A stretch of DNA of 64,000 nt, from positions 1 through 64,000 of the forward strand of contig JACPAV010000021.1 of assembly GCA_016180645.1 (NCBI GenBank). Direction: 5' to 3'. Source of the DNA: Nitrospirota bacterium (lineage in GTDB: Bacteria; JACPQY01). Position numbers and translations under genes: made by a program. Below the pieces are notes generated by a model. The model had not been told where the DNA came from and did not search any database. It saw only the letters and a list, made by a program, of their open reading frames with translations. Shown here in pieces: positions 47,567-57,436 of the stretch (position 1 is its first letter; every line of letters starts with the position of its first letter).

Positions 47567-47646
47567 GACAATTGGCACTGTAGCGACAAATGGGCCGGAC
47601 GTCCACTCGCTTGCAAGCCGCGCGGACTCTGGGATAATCCGGCGCC

Positions 47647-48072
47647 GTGAGGGAGAAGCCGTACACCATTCCGAAAGACTTTGATCCCGGTGAGGATGGC
47701 CATCCCTATGCCGACCTCCACGGGATGCGGTGGACGAGGGATAAGCGGGGGACTTGGTGGATCACGCTCAAAACCACCCCGAAGCTGCTCAATCCGAACC
47801 GTGTCCTTCACGGCGGCGTCCTTTTCACGTTGGCGGACACGGCCATGGGCCGCACGGTGACGAGCCTTCTGGGCCCCGGTGAGGAGTGTGCCTCGATCGA
47901 AGTCCGGATCCATCACCTTCGGATGGTGAGGAGCGGCACGCTGAAGTCGCGGGCCTGGGTGGTGCATCGGGGTCGGCGCATCATCGTGCTCGAAGCGGAA
48001 GTAGTCGACGCTCAGGATCGTCTCGTCTCGAAGGCTTCGGGGACGATGTACGTGATGCGAAAACCTTCGTAG
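47647..48072 (+). CDS. PaaI-family thioesterase
   Basis: LLNPNRVLHGGVLFTLADTAMG hot-dog fold motif. Confidence 0.88.
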   Translation: MREKPYTIPKDFDPGEDGHPYADLHGMRWTRDKRGTWWITLKTTPKLLNPNRVLHGGVLFTLADTAMGRTVTSLLGPGEECASIEVRIHHLRMVRSGTLKSRAWVVHRGRRIIVLEAEVVDAQDRLVSKASGTMYVMRKPS

Positions 48073-48137
48073 TCGCCGACGCGCCCAGCGAAGCCGGCGT
48101 CGTTTCCACGGGCGGTTTCCCGGGATTCCCGGGGGAC

Positions 48138-48189
48138 TTGACAACACAGCCATAAACTGAATATAGTTCATCACATGAATGATATTCAT
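48138..48189 (+). promoter_or_regulatory. sigma70-type promoter with tandem palindromic operators
   Basis: TTGACA(48138-43)-18 bp-TATAGT(48162-67); TGAATATAGTTCA (48158-70) and ATGAATGATATTCAT (48175-89). Confidence 0.7.
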
Positions 48190-49215
48190 TTCATGGCGGC
48201 GCGGTTCCACGGGGCCGGAAAGCCGCTGACCCTTGACGAGACCCCGCTCGTCGGGGGAGATGGGGTTCTCGTCAAGGTGGAGGCCGCGGGCCTCTGCGGA
48301 ACGGACCTGCATATCGCCGTGGAAGGCACATTCCCCACGGCCTTCGTGCCCATCACGCTCGGTCACGAAATGGCAGGAACCGTGGAGAGTGGGGCGGGTC
48401 GGTTCCCCAAAGGCGAGCGAGTGTGCGTCTATCCCCACGTCCCCTGTTTCACCTGCGAATACTGCCGCCGCGGCCGGGAGGCGTTGTGCCGGGGATCGAA
48501 AATCTTCGGCGTGCACGCCGACGGAGGCTTTGCCCAGTACGTTCGTGCGCCCGAGTCGTGCCTCTTCCGATTGCCGGCGGGCGTTCCGTTCGAAATCGGC
48601 GCGGCGTTGACGGACGCCGTAGCCACGGCGTTCCACGCCGTCCGCCGCCGCGCGGAGGTCAAACCGGGCGAACGCGCCGCGGTCTTCGGATGCGGCGCGT
48701 TGGGCACGTTTGCGGTCAAGATTCTGAAGGCGCTGGGCGTCTCGAGTGTGATCGGAGTGGACGTTTCGCCGCATGCTCTCGAACGCGCGCGCAAGGCAGG
48801 CGCCACGGCTGCGATCAATGTTCGCGATGAGGATGCCGCGAAGGAGATCAAGAAAATGACGGATGGGGGCGTGGACGCCGCGTTCGAATTCGTGGGCCGA
48901 TCATCGAGCGTCCGTGAAGCCGTCCGCTCCGTGAGGCCGGGCGGGAGGGTTGTCGTCGTGGGAATCGGCCCGGAGCCGGTCGAGTTGGTCCCGCTCCGCA
49001 CGTTTGTAGGGAATGAAATAACGGTGATGGGATCGATGGGTCTGGACCGGATGGACCTCGAAGAGGTCATCCGGTGGGCCTCGGACGGGGGGCTCGATTT
49101 GAGGGGCGACATTGAGGTCCGTCCTCTCGGCGAGATCAACGACGTGCTGCGCGAGGCGGCATCGGGAGATCGCCGCGCCGCCAAGTTCGTTCTGAGGCCG
49201 TGGCCATGGGAGTGA
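48175..49215 (+). CDS. zinc-dependent (MDR) alcohol dehydrogenase
   Basis: CGTDLH, GHEMAG, CFTCEYC-x7-C, GCGALG. Confidence 0.92.
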   Translation: MNDIHFMAARFHGAGKPLTLDETPLVGGDGVLVKVEAAGLCGTDLHIAVEGTFPTAFVPITLGHEMAGTVESGAGRFPKGERVCVYPHVPCFTCEYCRRGREALCRGSKIFGVHADGGFAQYVRAPESCLFRLPAGVPFEIGAALTDAVATAFHAVRRRAEVKPGERAAVFGCGALGTFAVKILKALGVSSVIGVDVSPHALERARKAGATAAINVRDEDAAKEIKKMTDGGVDAAFEFVGRSSSVREAVRSVRPGGRVVVVGIGPEPVELVPLRTFVGNEITVMGSMGLDRMDLEEVIRWASDGGLDLRGDIEVRPLGEINDVLREAASGDRRAAKFVLRPWPWE

Positions 49216-49844
49216 GGGAGCGGAAAGACCGCGAGAAGGAGGCGCGGCGAAAGGTGATCCTGGAGGCCGCGACCCGCATCTTTTCGCAGAAGGGGTTTGC
49301 GGCGACCACGATGGAAGACGTCGCCGATCGGGCCGAACTCTCGGTCGGCACTCTCTATCTGTATTTCCGGAGCAAGGAGGAGATCTATCTTTCCATGATT
49401 CTCGACGCGATGGATGTGTTTCACGAAGGACTCGTCCGAATTGCGGAGTCGCGCCGGGGTCCGGCGGAGAAACGGCGCGCCGTGTGGGAGCTTTTCATTC
49501 GATTCCGGGAGGAGCACCCGATGTACTACAAGGCCCTGCTCTACCTGCACGACGCGGACTTTACACGGTACCTGTCTCCGGCCGTAAGGAGCGCCGTCCT
49601 GGATCGCTCCGGCAGGAATTTTTCTCTCGGCGCCCGGATCCTCTCACCCCGTGGGAAGGAGTCGAGGCCGTCGAAGAGGGCCATCGACCTCATGTGGGCG
49701 GCCTTCCTGGGTCTCGTCTATATACAAGACTCCCGCGCAAACCTCTCCGAATCCTTCGACCCGGCGAGAAGTCGGTCGTTCCTGTTGGGCGCGTTTGAGT
49801 TCCTGGAGAATGGTCTGGCGGCGCGTTCGGGCGGGGCAGGTTGA
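49206..49844 (+). CDS. TetR/AcrR family regulator
   Basis: ILEAATRIFSQKGFAATTMEDVADRAELSVGTLYLYFRSKEEI. Confidence 0.93.
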   Translation: MGVRERKDREKEARRKVILEAATRIFSQKGFAATTMEDVADRAELSVGTLYLYFRSKEEIYLSMILDAMDVFHEGLVRIAESRRGPAEKRRAVWELFIRFREEHPMYYKALLYLHDADFTRYLSPAVRSAVLDRSGRNFSLGARILSPRGKESRPSKRAIDLMWAAFLGLVYIQDSRANLSESFDPARSRSFLLGAFEFLENGLAARSGGAG

Positions 49845-50989
49845 TGTTTGTTGCGGGGGTCGGCCGGACGGCTTACGGGCGCGACGAGCGCTCCATGGCC
49901 GAGATGGTCTATGCGGCGGTCGGCACCGCGCTGGCCGACGCCGGGATGGATCGGGACGACATCGACACCATCGTTACCGCCTCGATCGACCTGTTCGACG
50001 GCAAGGTGGCTTCGAGCGTGTCGATCACGGAATCGGTCGGGGCCGTAATGAAGGAAGAGGCGCGGATCTCGGACGACGGAGCCGCGGCCCTTTTCCACGC
50101 CGCGACCATGATCCTCTCCGGCCGCAAGAGAAACGTGCTGGTCGTGGCGCACTGCAAGAACTCGGAGTCGGATGCGGATGAGATCACGAAGTGGACCTTC
50201 GACCCCAACTTCCAGCAGCCGCTCGGCTTGAACGACTCCCAGGCCGCGGCTCTCCAGGCTTCGGTGTGGATAGCGGCGGGGGGAAGCGAAGAGGAGATGG
50301 ACCGCGTTGCGGCTGTGCGCGGAGGAGTGGCCGTGGACCATGTTCGGAAATCTCCGTGGCTGGTTGAACCCCTCCGAGCGGCACATCGGGCTCCGATCGT
50401 GGACGGCTCCTGCGCCGTCGTCCTTACGAGCCACGACTCACGACCTCCAGGATGGGGGAAGTGCCGCGAGAGGACAGGAGTCCGGAGCAGCCGAGCCACG
50501 AGTCACGTTCGCGTTGCCGGCCTTGGCCTGTGTGTTGAACCACACTACCTGGGAGACCGGGATCTGGTCGGATGTCCCGCGGCAAAGAAGGCTGCTGAGC
50601 GGGCGTTCCGGATGGCGGGGTGGAAACCGGCGGACGTTGAGCGGGCCGAGATTTCCGCGCCCTTCGCGCATCAGGAGATCCTTTGGGCTGCGGCGTTCGG
50701 ACTGGCGCTGGATCCACCCCCACCTCAATCCTCCCCCGTCAAGGGGAAGGATAAGGAAGCTTTTCGCTCCCCCCTGGAGGGGGAGGGTGCGGGTGGGGGG
50801 GGGCGTGCGGTCGTGAACCCAACCGGCGGCTGGTTCGCGGGCAATCCCTACGTCGTCTCCGGTTTGGAGCGTGTGATCTGTGCCGTAGAGTCTGTTCGAC
50901 TCGGCCGGGCGAAAAAGGCCCTCGCCCATGGCTGCTGGGGTCCCGCGGGCCAGGGCCAGTGCGTGGTATTGCTGGAGGCCTCGCCATGA
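49844..50989 (+). CDS. SCP2-thiolase-like protein (Ltp4-like), no catalytic Cys, with repeat-derived segments
   Basis: VAGVGRT, ALADAG, DDGAAAL at the Cys position, APIVDGSCAVVL, VNPTGG, ALAHG. Confidence 0.8.
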   Translation: MFVAGVGRTAYGRDERSMAEMVYAAVGTALADAGMDRDDIDTIVTASIDLFDGKVASSVSITESVGAVMKEEARISDDGAAALFHAATMILSGRKRNVLVVAHCKNSESDADEITKWTFDPNFQQPLGLNDSQAAALQASVWIAAGGSEEEMDRVAAVRGGVAVDHVRKSPWLVEPLRAAHRAPIVDGSCAVVLTSHDSRPPGWGKCRERTGVRSSRATSHVRVAGLGLCVEPHYLGDRDLVGCPAAKKAAERAFRMAGWKPADVERAEISAPFAHQEILWAAAFGLALDPPPPQSSPVKGKDKEAFRSPLEGEGAGGGGRAVVNPTGGWFAGNPYVVSGLERVICAVESVRLGRAKKALAHGCWGPAGQGQCVVLLEASP

Positions 50990-51038
50990 GCCGGGTGGCC
51001 CTCTACGCTACGCTCCAAGGACGGCGAGTGGAATTGCT

Positions 51039-52202
51039 ATGGTGACCCGCGCCGCGATTGTGGCCACCGGCCAGACGGACCACGCGAAGGCAAGGGATGA
51101 CGTGAGCCAGCCCGAGCTGATCTACGAGGCCGTCACGCGGGCGCTGACAGACGGGGAGCTTCGGCCTGCCGACATCGAGGCGGTCATTCTCGCCAACATG
51201 GAGATGTTCGAGGGAAGGATGCTGCCGGATCTGTGGTGCGCGGAGGCGGCGACGGCCGCGCTCAAACCGTGCGTCAAGATTGCGACCGGCGGCACATCGG
51301 GAACGTCCGCCGTCATCGCCGGCTTCCACCAGGTCGCCTCGGGTCTTTTTGACACGGTCCTGGTCGTTGGCTGGGAGAAACATTCCGAAGGCCACACGCA
51401 GGCCGGTATGTCCATGACGGACCCCTTGTGGGACCGGTACGTGGCCGGAGGAGCGCTCAACAACTTTGCCCTTTCGATCTCCCAATACATGCGAACGCGC
51501 GGCGTCACGCGGGAGGCGGCTGCGCGGGTGGCCGTGAAGGCCCGACATAACGCAGCGCTCAACCCCCACGCGCATCTCAAGATGCCCGACCTCACGTTCG
51601 AGCAGGTCATGGAATCGAGAGTTCTCGCGGAGCCGGTTCGGCTGCTCGACATGTGTCCACAGTCGGACGGCGCCTGTGCGGTCGTCTTCGCGGCCGAAGG
51701 CCGGGCGGAAACAATCTGTCCGAGACCCGCCTGGGTTCACGCCGTGGCGACCCGGCACGACAAGCCGTATCTCGGCGATCACGGCGACCGCCTTTCCACC
51801 ATGCGCACCCTTCGCGCCGCGGCGCGCGAAGTCTACCAAGAGCTGGATATCCGCGAACCCCTCAAGGAATTCGACGTTGCCGAAATCTACGAACCGGTCA
51901 CTTATGCCGAACTCGCGTGGTACGAGGCCCTGGGTTTCTGCCGTGAGGGTGAGGCGTCCCGCCTGATCGAAGACGGCGTGACCGAAATGGGCGGAGAGTT
52001 GCCCGTGAATCCTTCCGGCGGCGTGCTCTCCACGAATCCTGTGGGCGCCTCCGGCGTGATCCGGGCGGCGGAGGCGGCTCTGCAAATCCACGGCAAAGGC
52101 GGCAAGCGCCAAGTTCCCGACGTTCACCTCGCGCTCGTGACGGGCTATGGAGTCTATTCGTGGTCCGATGTCATGGTCCTAGGATCGGATAGGCCCCACT
52201 AA
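51039..52202 (+). CDS. SCP2-thiolase-like protein (Ltp3-like), no catalytic Cys
   Basis: AAIVATGQT, ATGGTSG at the usual CASG position, NAALNPHAH, CPQSDGACAVV, EIYEP, LPVNPSGG. Confidence 0.85.
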   Translation: MVTRAAIVATGQTDHAKARDDVSQPELIYEAVTRALTDGELRPADIEAVILANMEMFEGRMLPDLWCAEAATAALKPCVKIATGGTSGTSAVIAGFHQVASGLFDTVLVVGWEKHSEGHTQAGMSMTDPLWDRYVAGGALNNFALSISQYMRTRGVTREAAARVAVKARHNAALNPHAHLKMPDLTFEQVMESRVLAEPVRLLDMCPQSDGACAVVFAAEGRAETICPRPAWVHAVATRHDKPYLGDHGDRLSTMRTLRAAAREVYQELDIREPLKEFDVAEIYEPVTYAELAWYEALGFCREGEASRLIEDGVTEMGGELPVNPSGGVLSTNPVGASGVIRAAEAALQIHGKGGKRQVPDVHLALVTGYGVYSWSDVMVLGSDRPH

Positions 52203-52206
52203 GCCT

Positions 52207-53091
52207 ATGAGGATTCAGCACACGATGGACCTGGCTTGGGAGATCGCGCCCGGGGAAATCTTCGCCGCCTTTCACGCTTACCTAGCCGAAGGCAAGATCG
52301 CGGCGACCCGATGTCCATCCTGCAACCAGGTTTACCTCCCGCCGCGCGCCGTTTGCGGGGATTGCTACCTCCCGCTTCGGGATTGGGTGGAAGTGGGCGG
52401 CTCCGGGATCGTCGAGGCCCTGACGATTTCGCACCATCCGATTCTGGACACGGTGACCGGGAAAATGAGGGCCACGCCGTATGTCAGCCTTCTTGTCAAG
52501 CTGGACGGAGCATCAACATCCGTGAACCACTACCTGGACGCCGATTCCCGCGCCGCCGTCATCGGTGCGCGCGTGGACGCGGTCTGGCGGGAACCCCGGC
52601 GGACAATGGCGGATCTCATCGGCTTCGGGATAGCACGTGGAGTTGCCGTAGAAGTGTTTCCGCGTCCGCTTCCTCCAAGGAGCGTCGCGCCTCCTCCCCG
52701 TGCGCCGGTCAGGCTCGACATCCCTTTCTCCTACGCGGCCGGAAGGGGCGCCTCGTGGTTCTTTGAAGGTTTCAAGCGTGGGGAGATCCTCGGAAGCCGG
52801 TGCCCATCTTGCGATCGGATACGCGTGCCGTCCCGCTCCTTTTGCCCGGCCTGTTTTTACACGTTGGGAGAGTCGGATCTGCGGCCGGTCGGCCCCCACG
52901 GAACCATTGTGGCGACAGCCGGCCCTCCCTCGCAGAGGCTCGGCCTCATCCGAATGGATGGAGCGGACAACGACTTGCTCCACAAGGTGGAGGCCGCACG
53001 GGGCGACCGCGTGAAGGCGCGCTTCCTTCCCGCGGACCGGTGCCGAGGAGATATCCGGGACATCGAATGCTTCGAACGGACGGGGCCATGA
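52207..53091 (+). CDS. tandem DUF35 (Zn-ribbon/OB-fold) protein
   Basis: Two CPSC-x10-CxxC ribbons, each followed by an OB-fold segment. Confidence 0.85.
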   Translation: MRIQHTMDLAWEIAPGEIFAAFHAYLAEGKIAATRCPSCNQVYLPPRAVCGDCYLPLRDWVEVGGSGIVEALTISHHPILDTVTGKMRATPYVSLLVKLDGASTSVNHYLDADSRAAVIGARVDAVWREPRRTMADLIGFGIARGVAVEVFPRPLPPRSVAPPPRAPVRLDIPFSYAAGRGASWFFEGFKRGEILGSRCPSCDRIRVPSRSFCPACFYTLGESDLRPVGPHGTIVATAGPPSQRLGLIRMDGADNDLLHKVEAARGDRVKARFLPADRCRGDIRDIECFERTGP

Positions 53092-53885
53092 GCGCGACGG
53101 TGCTCTTCGAGAGAAGGGATCATGCCGCAGTGTTGACTCTGAACCGGCCGGAAGCCATGAATGCCATGAATGTCGAGATGCGGGTTGAGCTGAACCGCCG
53201 TTGGGCCGAGTTTCGCGACGATCCTGAACTGTGGGTGGCTGTTGTTACGGGGGCGGGGGAGAAGGCTTTTTGCGCCGGCGCCGATCTGAAGGAGTTGGGC
53301 GGGTTCTACAAGTCTACGACACCGGCAGAACGCCGTGCGCGGTGGGAGGTGGAACCCGGCATCGGCGGCATCACGCATAATCTGGACATCTGGAAACCGA
53401 TCATCGCGGCGGTCAACGGTCACTGCCTGGCCGGGGGGATCGAGCTGGCCCTCGCCTGCGATATCCGCATCGCGTCTGAAAACGCCACCTTCGGCCTGAC
53501 TGAAGTGCAGTGGGGGATCATTCCCGGCGCCGGCGGCACGCAACGACTGCCGCGGCTCATTCCGTTCGGCCGGGCACTCGAAATGCTCATCACCGCGGAA
53601 AAGATCGACGCGGCCGAAGCCGGGCGGATCGGCCTCGTGAATCGCATCGTCCCGCAGGATGAACTCATGCCGACCGCCCTGGCGATGGCGGAGCGCATCT
53701 GCCGGAACGGGCCGCTCGCGGTGCGCTTGGTGAAGGAAGCCGCTTGCAGGGGCATGGACAGGCCGCTTGCCGAGGGCTTGCGGCTGGAGCAGCTCCTGGC
53801 CGAGTACGCAAGGCAGAGTGAGGATGCCCAGGAGGGGCCGAAGGCGTTTGCGGAGAAGAGGCAGCCTGCGTTCAAGGGAAGGTAA
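53088..53885 (+). CDS. enoyl-CoA hydratase/isomerase
   Basis: TLNRPEAMNA, FCAGADL, AAVNGHCLAGGIELALACD, FGLTEV (both catalytic Glu present). Confidence 0.92.
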   Translation: MSATVLFERRDHAAVLTLNRPEAMNAMNVEMRVELNRRWAEFRDDPELWVAVVTGAGEKAFCAGADLKELGGFYKSTTPAERRARWEVEPGIGGITHNLDIWKPIIAAVNGHCLAGGIELALACDIRIASENATFGLTEVQWGIIPGAGGTQRLPRLIPFGRALEMLITAEKIDAAEAGRIGLVNRIVPQDELMPTALAMAERICRNGPLAVRLVKEAACRGMDRPLAEGLRLEQLLAEYARQSEDAQEGPKAFAEKRQPAFKGR

Positions 53886-53886
53886 A

Positions 53887-54792
53887 GTGGACGAACGATT
53901 TAGAACTCAGGACCTTCCCGACAAAGTGGTGGTTGTCTGCGCGCTCACGGGGGCACAGCAGGGCAAGGAGGCCAATCCAAACCTGCCCGAGCAGCCGGAT
54001 GAAATTATTGCCCAGGCCCTGGATGCCTGGCGCGCAGGCGCATCGGTTGTCCACATCCACGCGCGGGGCACGAATGGAAAAGCGACGTCAGACCCGGGTA
54101 TCTTCCGTCGCATCGTCGATGGAATCCGCGGGAAATCCGACCTCGTGATTAATTGCACAACCGGCGGAGCCGTGGCGGGGCTGCCGCTGGAGGATCGCAT
54201 CAAGGTGGTGCCGGAACTGAAGCCGGAGATCGCTTCCTTTTCCGTGGGGGGCGGTTCGCTCCTCGGGCGTTATGATTCGAAGGCCGGACGGTGGACTCGG
54301 GATCAGCTGGTCACGCTGTTCCGCTCTTATTCGGAAATGGAGAGGGCCGCACTTCTGTTCCGGGAACACGGGACAAAGCCTGAACTCGAAGTGTACGACA
54401 GCGGTTTCCTCAACAACATCTGGACGCTTCGGGAGGCGGGATGGCTTGAAGAGCCGCTTCTCGTCAACTTCGTGATGGGCATCAGCGGCGAGTGCACGCC
54501 GTGGACGCCGCGCAACCTGATGTTTCTAGCGGACAACCTCCCGCCCGGGTCCCACTGGCTGGTTTCCGCCATCGGAGCGCGGGTGCATTTCAGGAGCGTT
54601 GCGTTCTGCGCGGCCCTCGGAGGACACGTCCGGGTGGGGATGGAAGACAACGTTTACATCGGGAGGGGTGAACCGGCGACGTCCAACGCGCAGATCGTGG
54701 AGAAGGCCGTCCGAATCTGCCGTGAGATCGGCCGCGAGCCGGCAACGCCGGCAGAGGCACGATCCCTCCTCGGCCTGAAAGGCGGCTTCTGA
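53887..54792 (+). CDS. beta-keto acid cleavage enzyme (BKACE/Kce, DUF849)
   Basis: CALTGA...NPNLP, AGASVVHIHAR, TTGG, KPELEVYD, GGHVRVGMEDN. Confidence 0.9.
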   Translation: MDERFRTQDLPDKVVVVCALTGAQQGKEANPNLPEQPDEIIAQALDAWRAGASVVHIHARGTNGKATSDPGIFRRIVDGIRGKSDLVINCTTGGAVAGLPLEDRIKVVPELKPEIASFSVGGGSLLGRYDSKAGRWTRDQLVTLFRSYSEMERAALLFREHGTKPELEVYDSGFLNNIWTLREAGWLEEPLLVNFVMGISGECTPWTPRNLMFLADNLPPGSHWLVSAIGARVHFRSVAFCAALGGHVRVGMEDNVYIGRGEPATSNAQIVEKAVRICREIGREPATPAEARSLLGLKGGF

Positions 54793-55976
54793 TGGCCGGC
54801 ACCTCGCCCTACTTCAACGAACAGCACGGGCAATTCCGCGCCGTCGTGCGCCGCTTTGTGGAGGAGGAAATGCGTCCCCACTGGCAAGAGTACGAAAAGC
54901 TGGAGACCCAGCCGGATGGACCGTACAGGCAAACGTTTCGGGACGTGTTTGCGCGCGCCGCCAAGCTGGGGCTCTTGGGAATTCGCGTCCCTCCGCCATA
55001 CGGGGGCACGGGACTCGATTTCCGGTACACCACGGTTCTTTGCGAAGAGTTGGTGCGCTCACTTGCGTTCGGCATGTGCGTCTCCATGCTGGCCCATGCG
55101 GAATTCGCCCTTTCGGCCATCGCGGGGGAAGGAACCCAGGCGCAGAAAGAGCGCTATCTGCCGGACGCCGTTCAAGGGAAAACAATATGGGGTCTGGGCA
55201 TTACGGAGCCCGACTTTGGATCCGACGTGGCCGGCATCCGGACGACGGCACGGAGAAAGGGAGACCGCTACATCATCAGCGGCTCCAAGACCTTTATCAC
55301 AAACGGTTCTATCGCGGACTACATCACGCTTGCGGTTCGAACGAGCGGCGCCGGAAAAGGCGGGCTGAGTCTCGTGATCGTCCCCACGAACACGAAAGGA
55401 TTCTCGGTCGGTAAGCGGTTGGAAAAAATCGGCGCGAAATCGTCCGACACCGCCCTCCTTTTCTTCGAGGACTGTGAAGTCCCGGTCGACAACCTCATCG
55501 GCGAAGAAGGGAAAGGTTTCTACTACATCATGGACCATTTCCAGGGGGAGCGCCTCGTCCTGGCATCCTTTGCCAACGGTCTGATGCAGGTTCTGTGGGA
55601 GGAAGCCCTCCGATATGGCGGAGAGAGAAAGGTGTTCGGGCGGCCGGTCCTGGACTTCCAAGTCTGGAAGCACCGGCTGGCCGATGTGCTGACAAAGATC
55701 GAAGCGTCCCGTCAACTCACCTATTGGGCTTGCGACCAACTGGTTCGGACGGGCCGCGCCCAGAAGGAAATCTCTATGGCCAAGCTGTTCGCCACGGAGA
55801 CCGTTAGGGATGTTGCCATGGAGGCGCTGCAAATCCACGGGGGCAACGCCGTCATGGCGGAGTACCCGGTGGGTCGCCTCATGACCGAATGCATGGGGAT
55901 GACAATTGGCGCGGGCACGAGCGAGATCATGCGAGAGATTATCTGGCGCGAGGTGACGCGCGAGGGACGGTTTTGA
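54792..55976 (+). CDS. acyl-CoA dehydrogenase (catalytic Glu at LCAD/IVD position)
   Basis: ITEPDFGSDVA, GSKTFITNG, FQGERL, QIHGG, IGAGTSEIMR. Confidence 0.93.
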   Translation: MAGTSPYFNEQHGQFRAVVRRFVEEEMRPHWQEYEKLETQPDGPYRQTFRDVFARAAKLGLLGIRVPPPYGGTGLDFRYTTVLCEELVRSLAFGMCVSMLAHAEFALSAIAGEGTQAQKERYLPDAVQGKTIWGLGITEPDFGSDVAGIRTTARRKGDRYIISGSKTFITNGSIADYITLAVRTSGAGKGGLSLVIVPTNTKGFSVGKRLEKIGAKSSDTALLFFEDCEVPVDNLIGEEGKGFYYIMDHFQGERLVLASFANGLMQVLWEEALRYGGERKVFGRPVLDFQVWKHRLADVLTKIEASRQLTYWACDQLVRTGRAQKEISMAKLFATETVRDVAMEALQIHGGNAVMAEYPVGRLMTECMGMTIGAGTSEIMREIIWREVTREGRF

Positions 55977-56641
55977 CCTCGGGCGCGTTTTTCGACGTGG
56001 ATGGCACCATCGTGCGGGGAAACCTCGCGTTGGCCGGTGCACTGGATTGGGTGAGACGAGGACGGATACGGCCCCTTGATTTCGCGCGCGGCGCCGCATG
56101 GTTCTGGGGCAACTATTTGGCCGGTCGCATGAACTATGGGGATCTTACGCGGGTCGGCTTCTATATCCTGGCAGGCCAGTCGGCCCAGTCGATACAAGAT
56201 GATGCAACGGACATTCTCGACCGGAGAATGCGGAAAAGGATCTACCCGCGAGCGCTTGAATGCATGCAGGAACATCGCAACGCGGGCCGACGGCTGGTGA
56301 TTGCCTCGTCCGCACCGGCTCCCATGGTACGCGCTCTTGCCGCGTGCGTAGGGATTGATGACACCCTGGTCACGGAGCTGGAAACCCTCGACGGGATTCT
56401 GACGGGGCAGGTGGTCGGCGACCTGTGCTACGGGGAGGGTAAGCGAAAGCGGGTCCAGGCTTTCGCCGAGCGTCATGGCCTGTCACTCTCCGACAGTTTC
56501 GCCTATGCGGACGGCTACACCGACATTCCATTCTTATCGTCCGTAGGCCACCCGGTGGCCGTAAATCCCGACCGGAGGCTCAAGCGTGAGGCGGTCAAAC
56601 GAGCGTGGCCTATCGTTCGATATGAGAAGGAGGGAGTATGA
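55973..56641 (+). CDS. HAD-IB (SerB-like) hydrolase
   Basis: AFFDVDGT, IASSA, GEGK, AYADGYTDIPFL, VAVNPD. Confidence 0.88.
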   Translation: MTSGAFFDVDGTIVRGNLALAGALDWVRRGRIRPLDFARGAAWFWGNYLAGRMNYGDLTRVGFYILAGQSAQSIQDDATDILDRRMRKRIYPRALECMQEHRNAGRRLVIASSAPAPMVRALAACVGIDDTLVTELETLDGILTGQVVGDLCYGEGKRKRVQAFAERHGLSLSDSFAYADGYTDIPFLSSVGHPVAVNPDRRLKREAVKRAWPIVRYEKEGV

Positions 56642-57426
56642 GCAAGACAACGGACGCGGTCCTACTGACGACCGATGGGGCGGTGGCCACGCTGACGCTA
56701 AACCGGCCGGATCGGATGAACTCGATCGATGTGGCCACGCTGGATCTCTTGTGCGAACGCTTGAGAGAGGCCGGGCGGTGCGGTGTCCGTGTGCTCGTCG
56801 TGACGGGGGCGGGAAATCTTTTCTCGGCGGGCGCCGATGGGTCTGAAATGGTGCCCCGCTCCTCCCGAGAGTGGGAGGCCCTCGTCGATCACTACCTCGA
56901 CCCGATCCGGCTCATTTCGGAACTTCCGATTCCCGTCGTGGCGAGAATCAACGGTGATTGCGTCGGCGGGGCCATGGGAATCGCCCTTTCGTGCGATTTC
57001 CGGATCGCGGTCGGCACGGCCCGTTTCGCCGCGCCGTTCGTGAAAATCGGCCTGGCGGGTTGCGACATGAGCTGCGGCTATTTTCTTCCTCGGATCATCG
57101 GATTGGGGCGGGCGACGGACCTGATGATGACGGGGCGCTATGTGGACGCGCCGGAGGCCGAGCGTATCGGCTTGATCCACCGAGCCGTCGAACCGAGGGA
57201 ACTCGATGCCGTGACGGATGAACTCGTCAAGAAACTGGCGTCCGGCCCTCCCATCGCATTGAACTTTACCAAGAAGGCGATCCGGCGTTCCCTCGACCGC
57301 AATATGGCCGCCGAGTTCGACTACGAAATCCTCGCGCAAGTCCAATGCCTCCAGACGGACGACCACCGTGAAGGGGTGCGGGCATTTTTCAAAGAGAAGC
57401 GCGCTCCGAAGTACGTCGGGACATAG
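56638..57426 (+). CDS. enoyl-CoA hydratase/isomerase (lacks both canonical Glu)
   Basis: LNRPDRMNS, FSAGAD, VGGAMGIALSCD, FVKIGLAGCDM. Confidence 0.88.
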   Translation: MSKTTDAVLLTTDGAVATLTLNRPDRMNSIDVATLDLLCERLREAGRCGVRVLVVTGAGNLFSAGADGSEMVPRSSREWEALVDHYLDPIRLISELPIPVVARINGDCVGGAMGIALSCDFRIAVGTARFAAPFVKIGLAGCDMSCGYFLPRIIGLGRATDLMMTGRYVDAPEAERIGLIHRAVEPRELDAVTDELVKKLASGPPIALNFTKKAIRRSLDRNMAAEFDYEILAQVQCLQTDDHREGVRAFFKEKRAPKYVGT

Positions 57427-57436
57427 GAGCGGGTGC

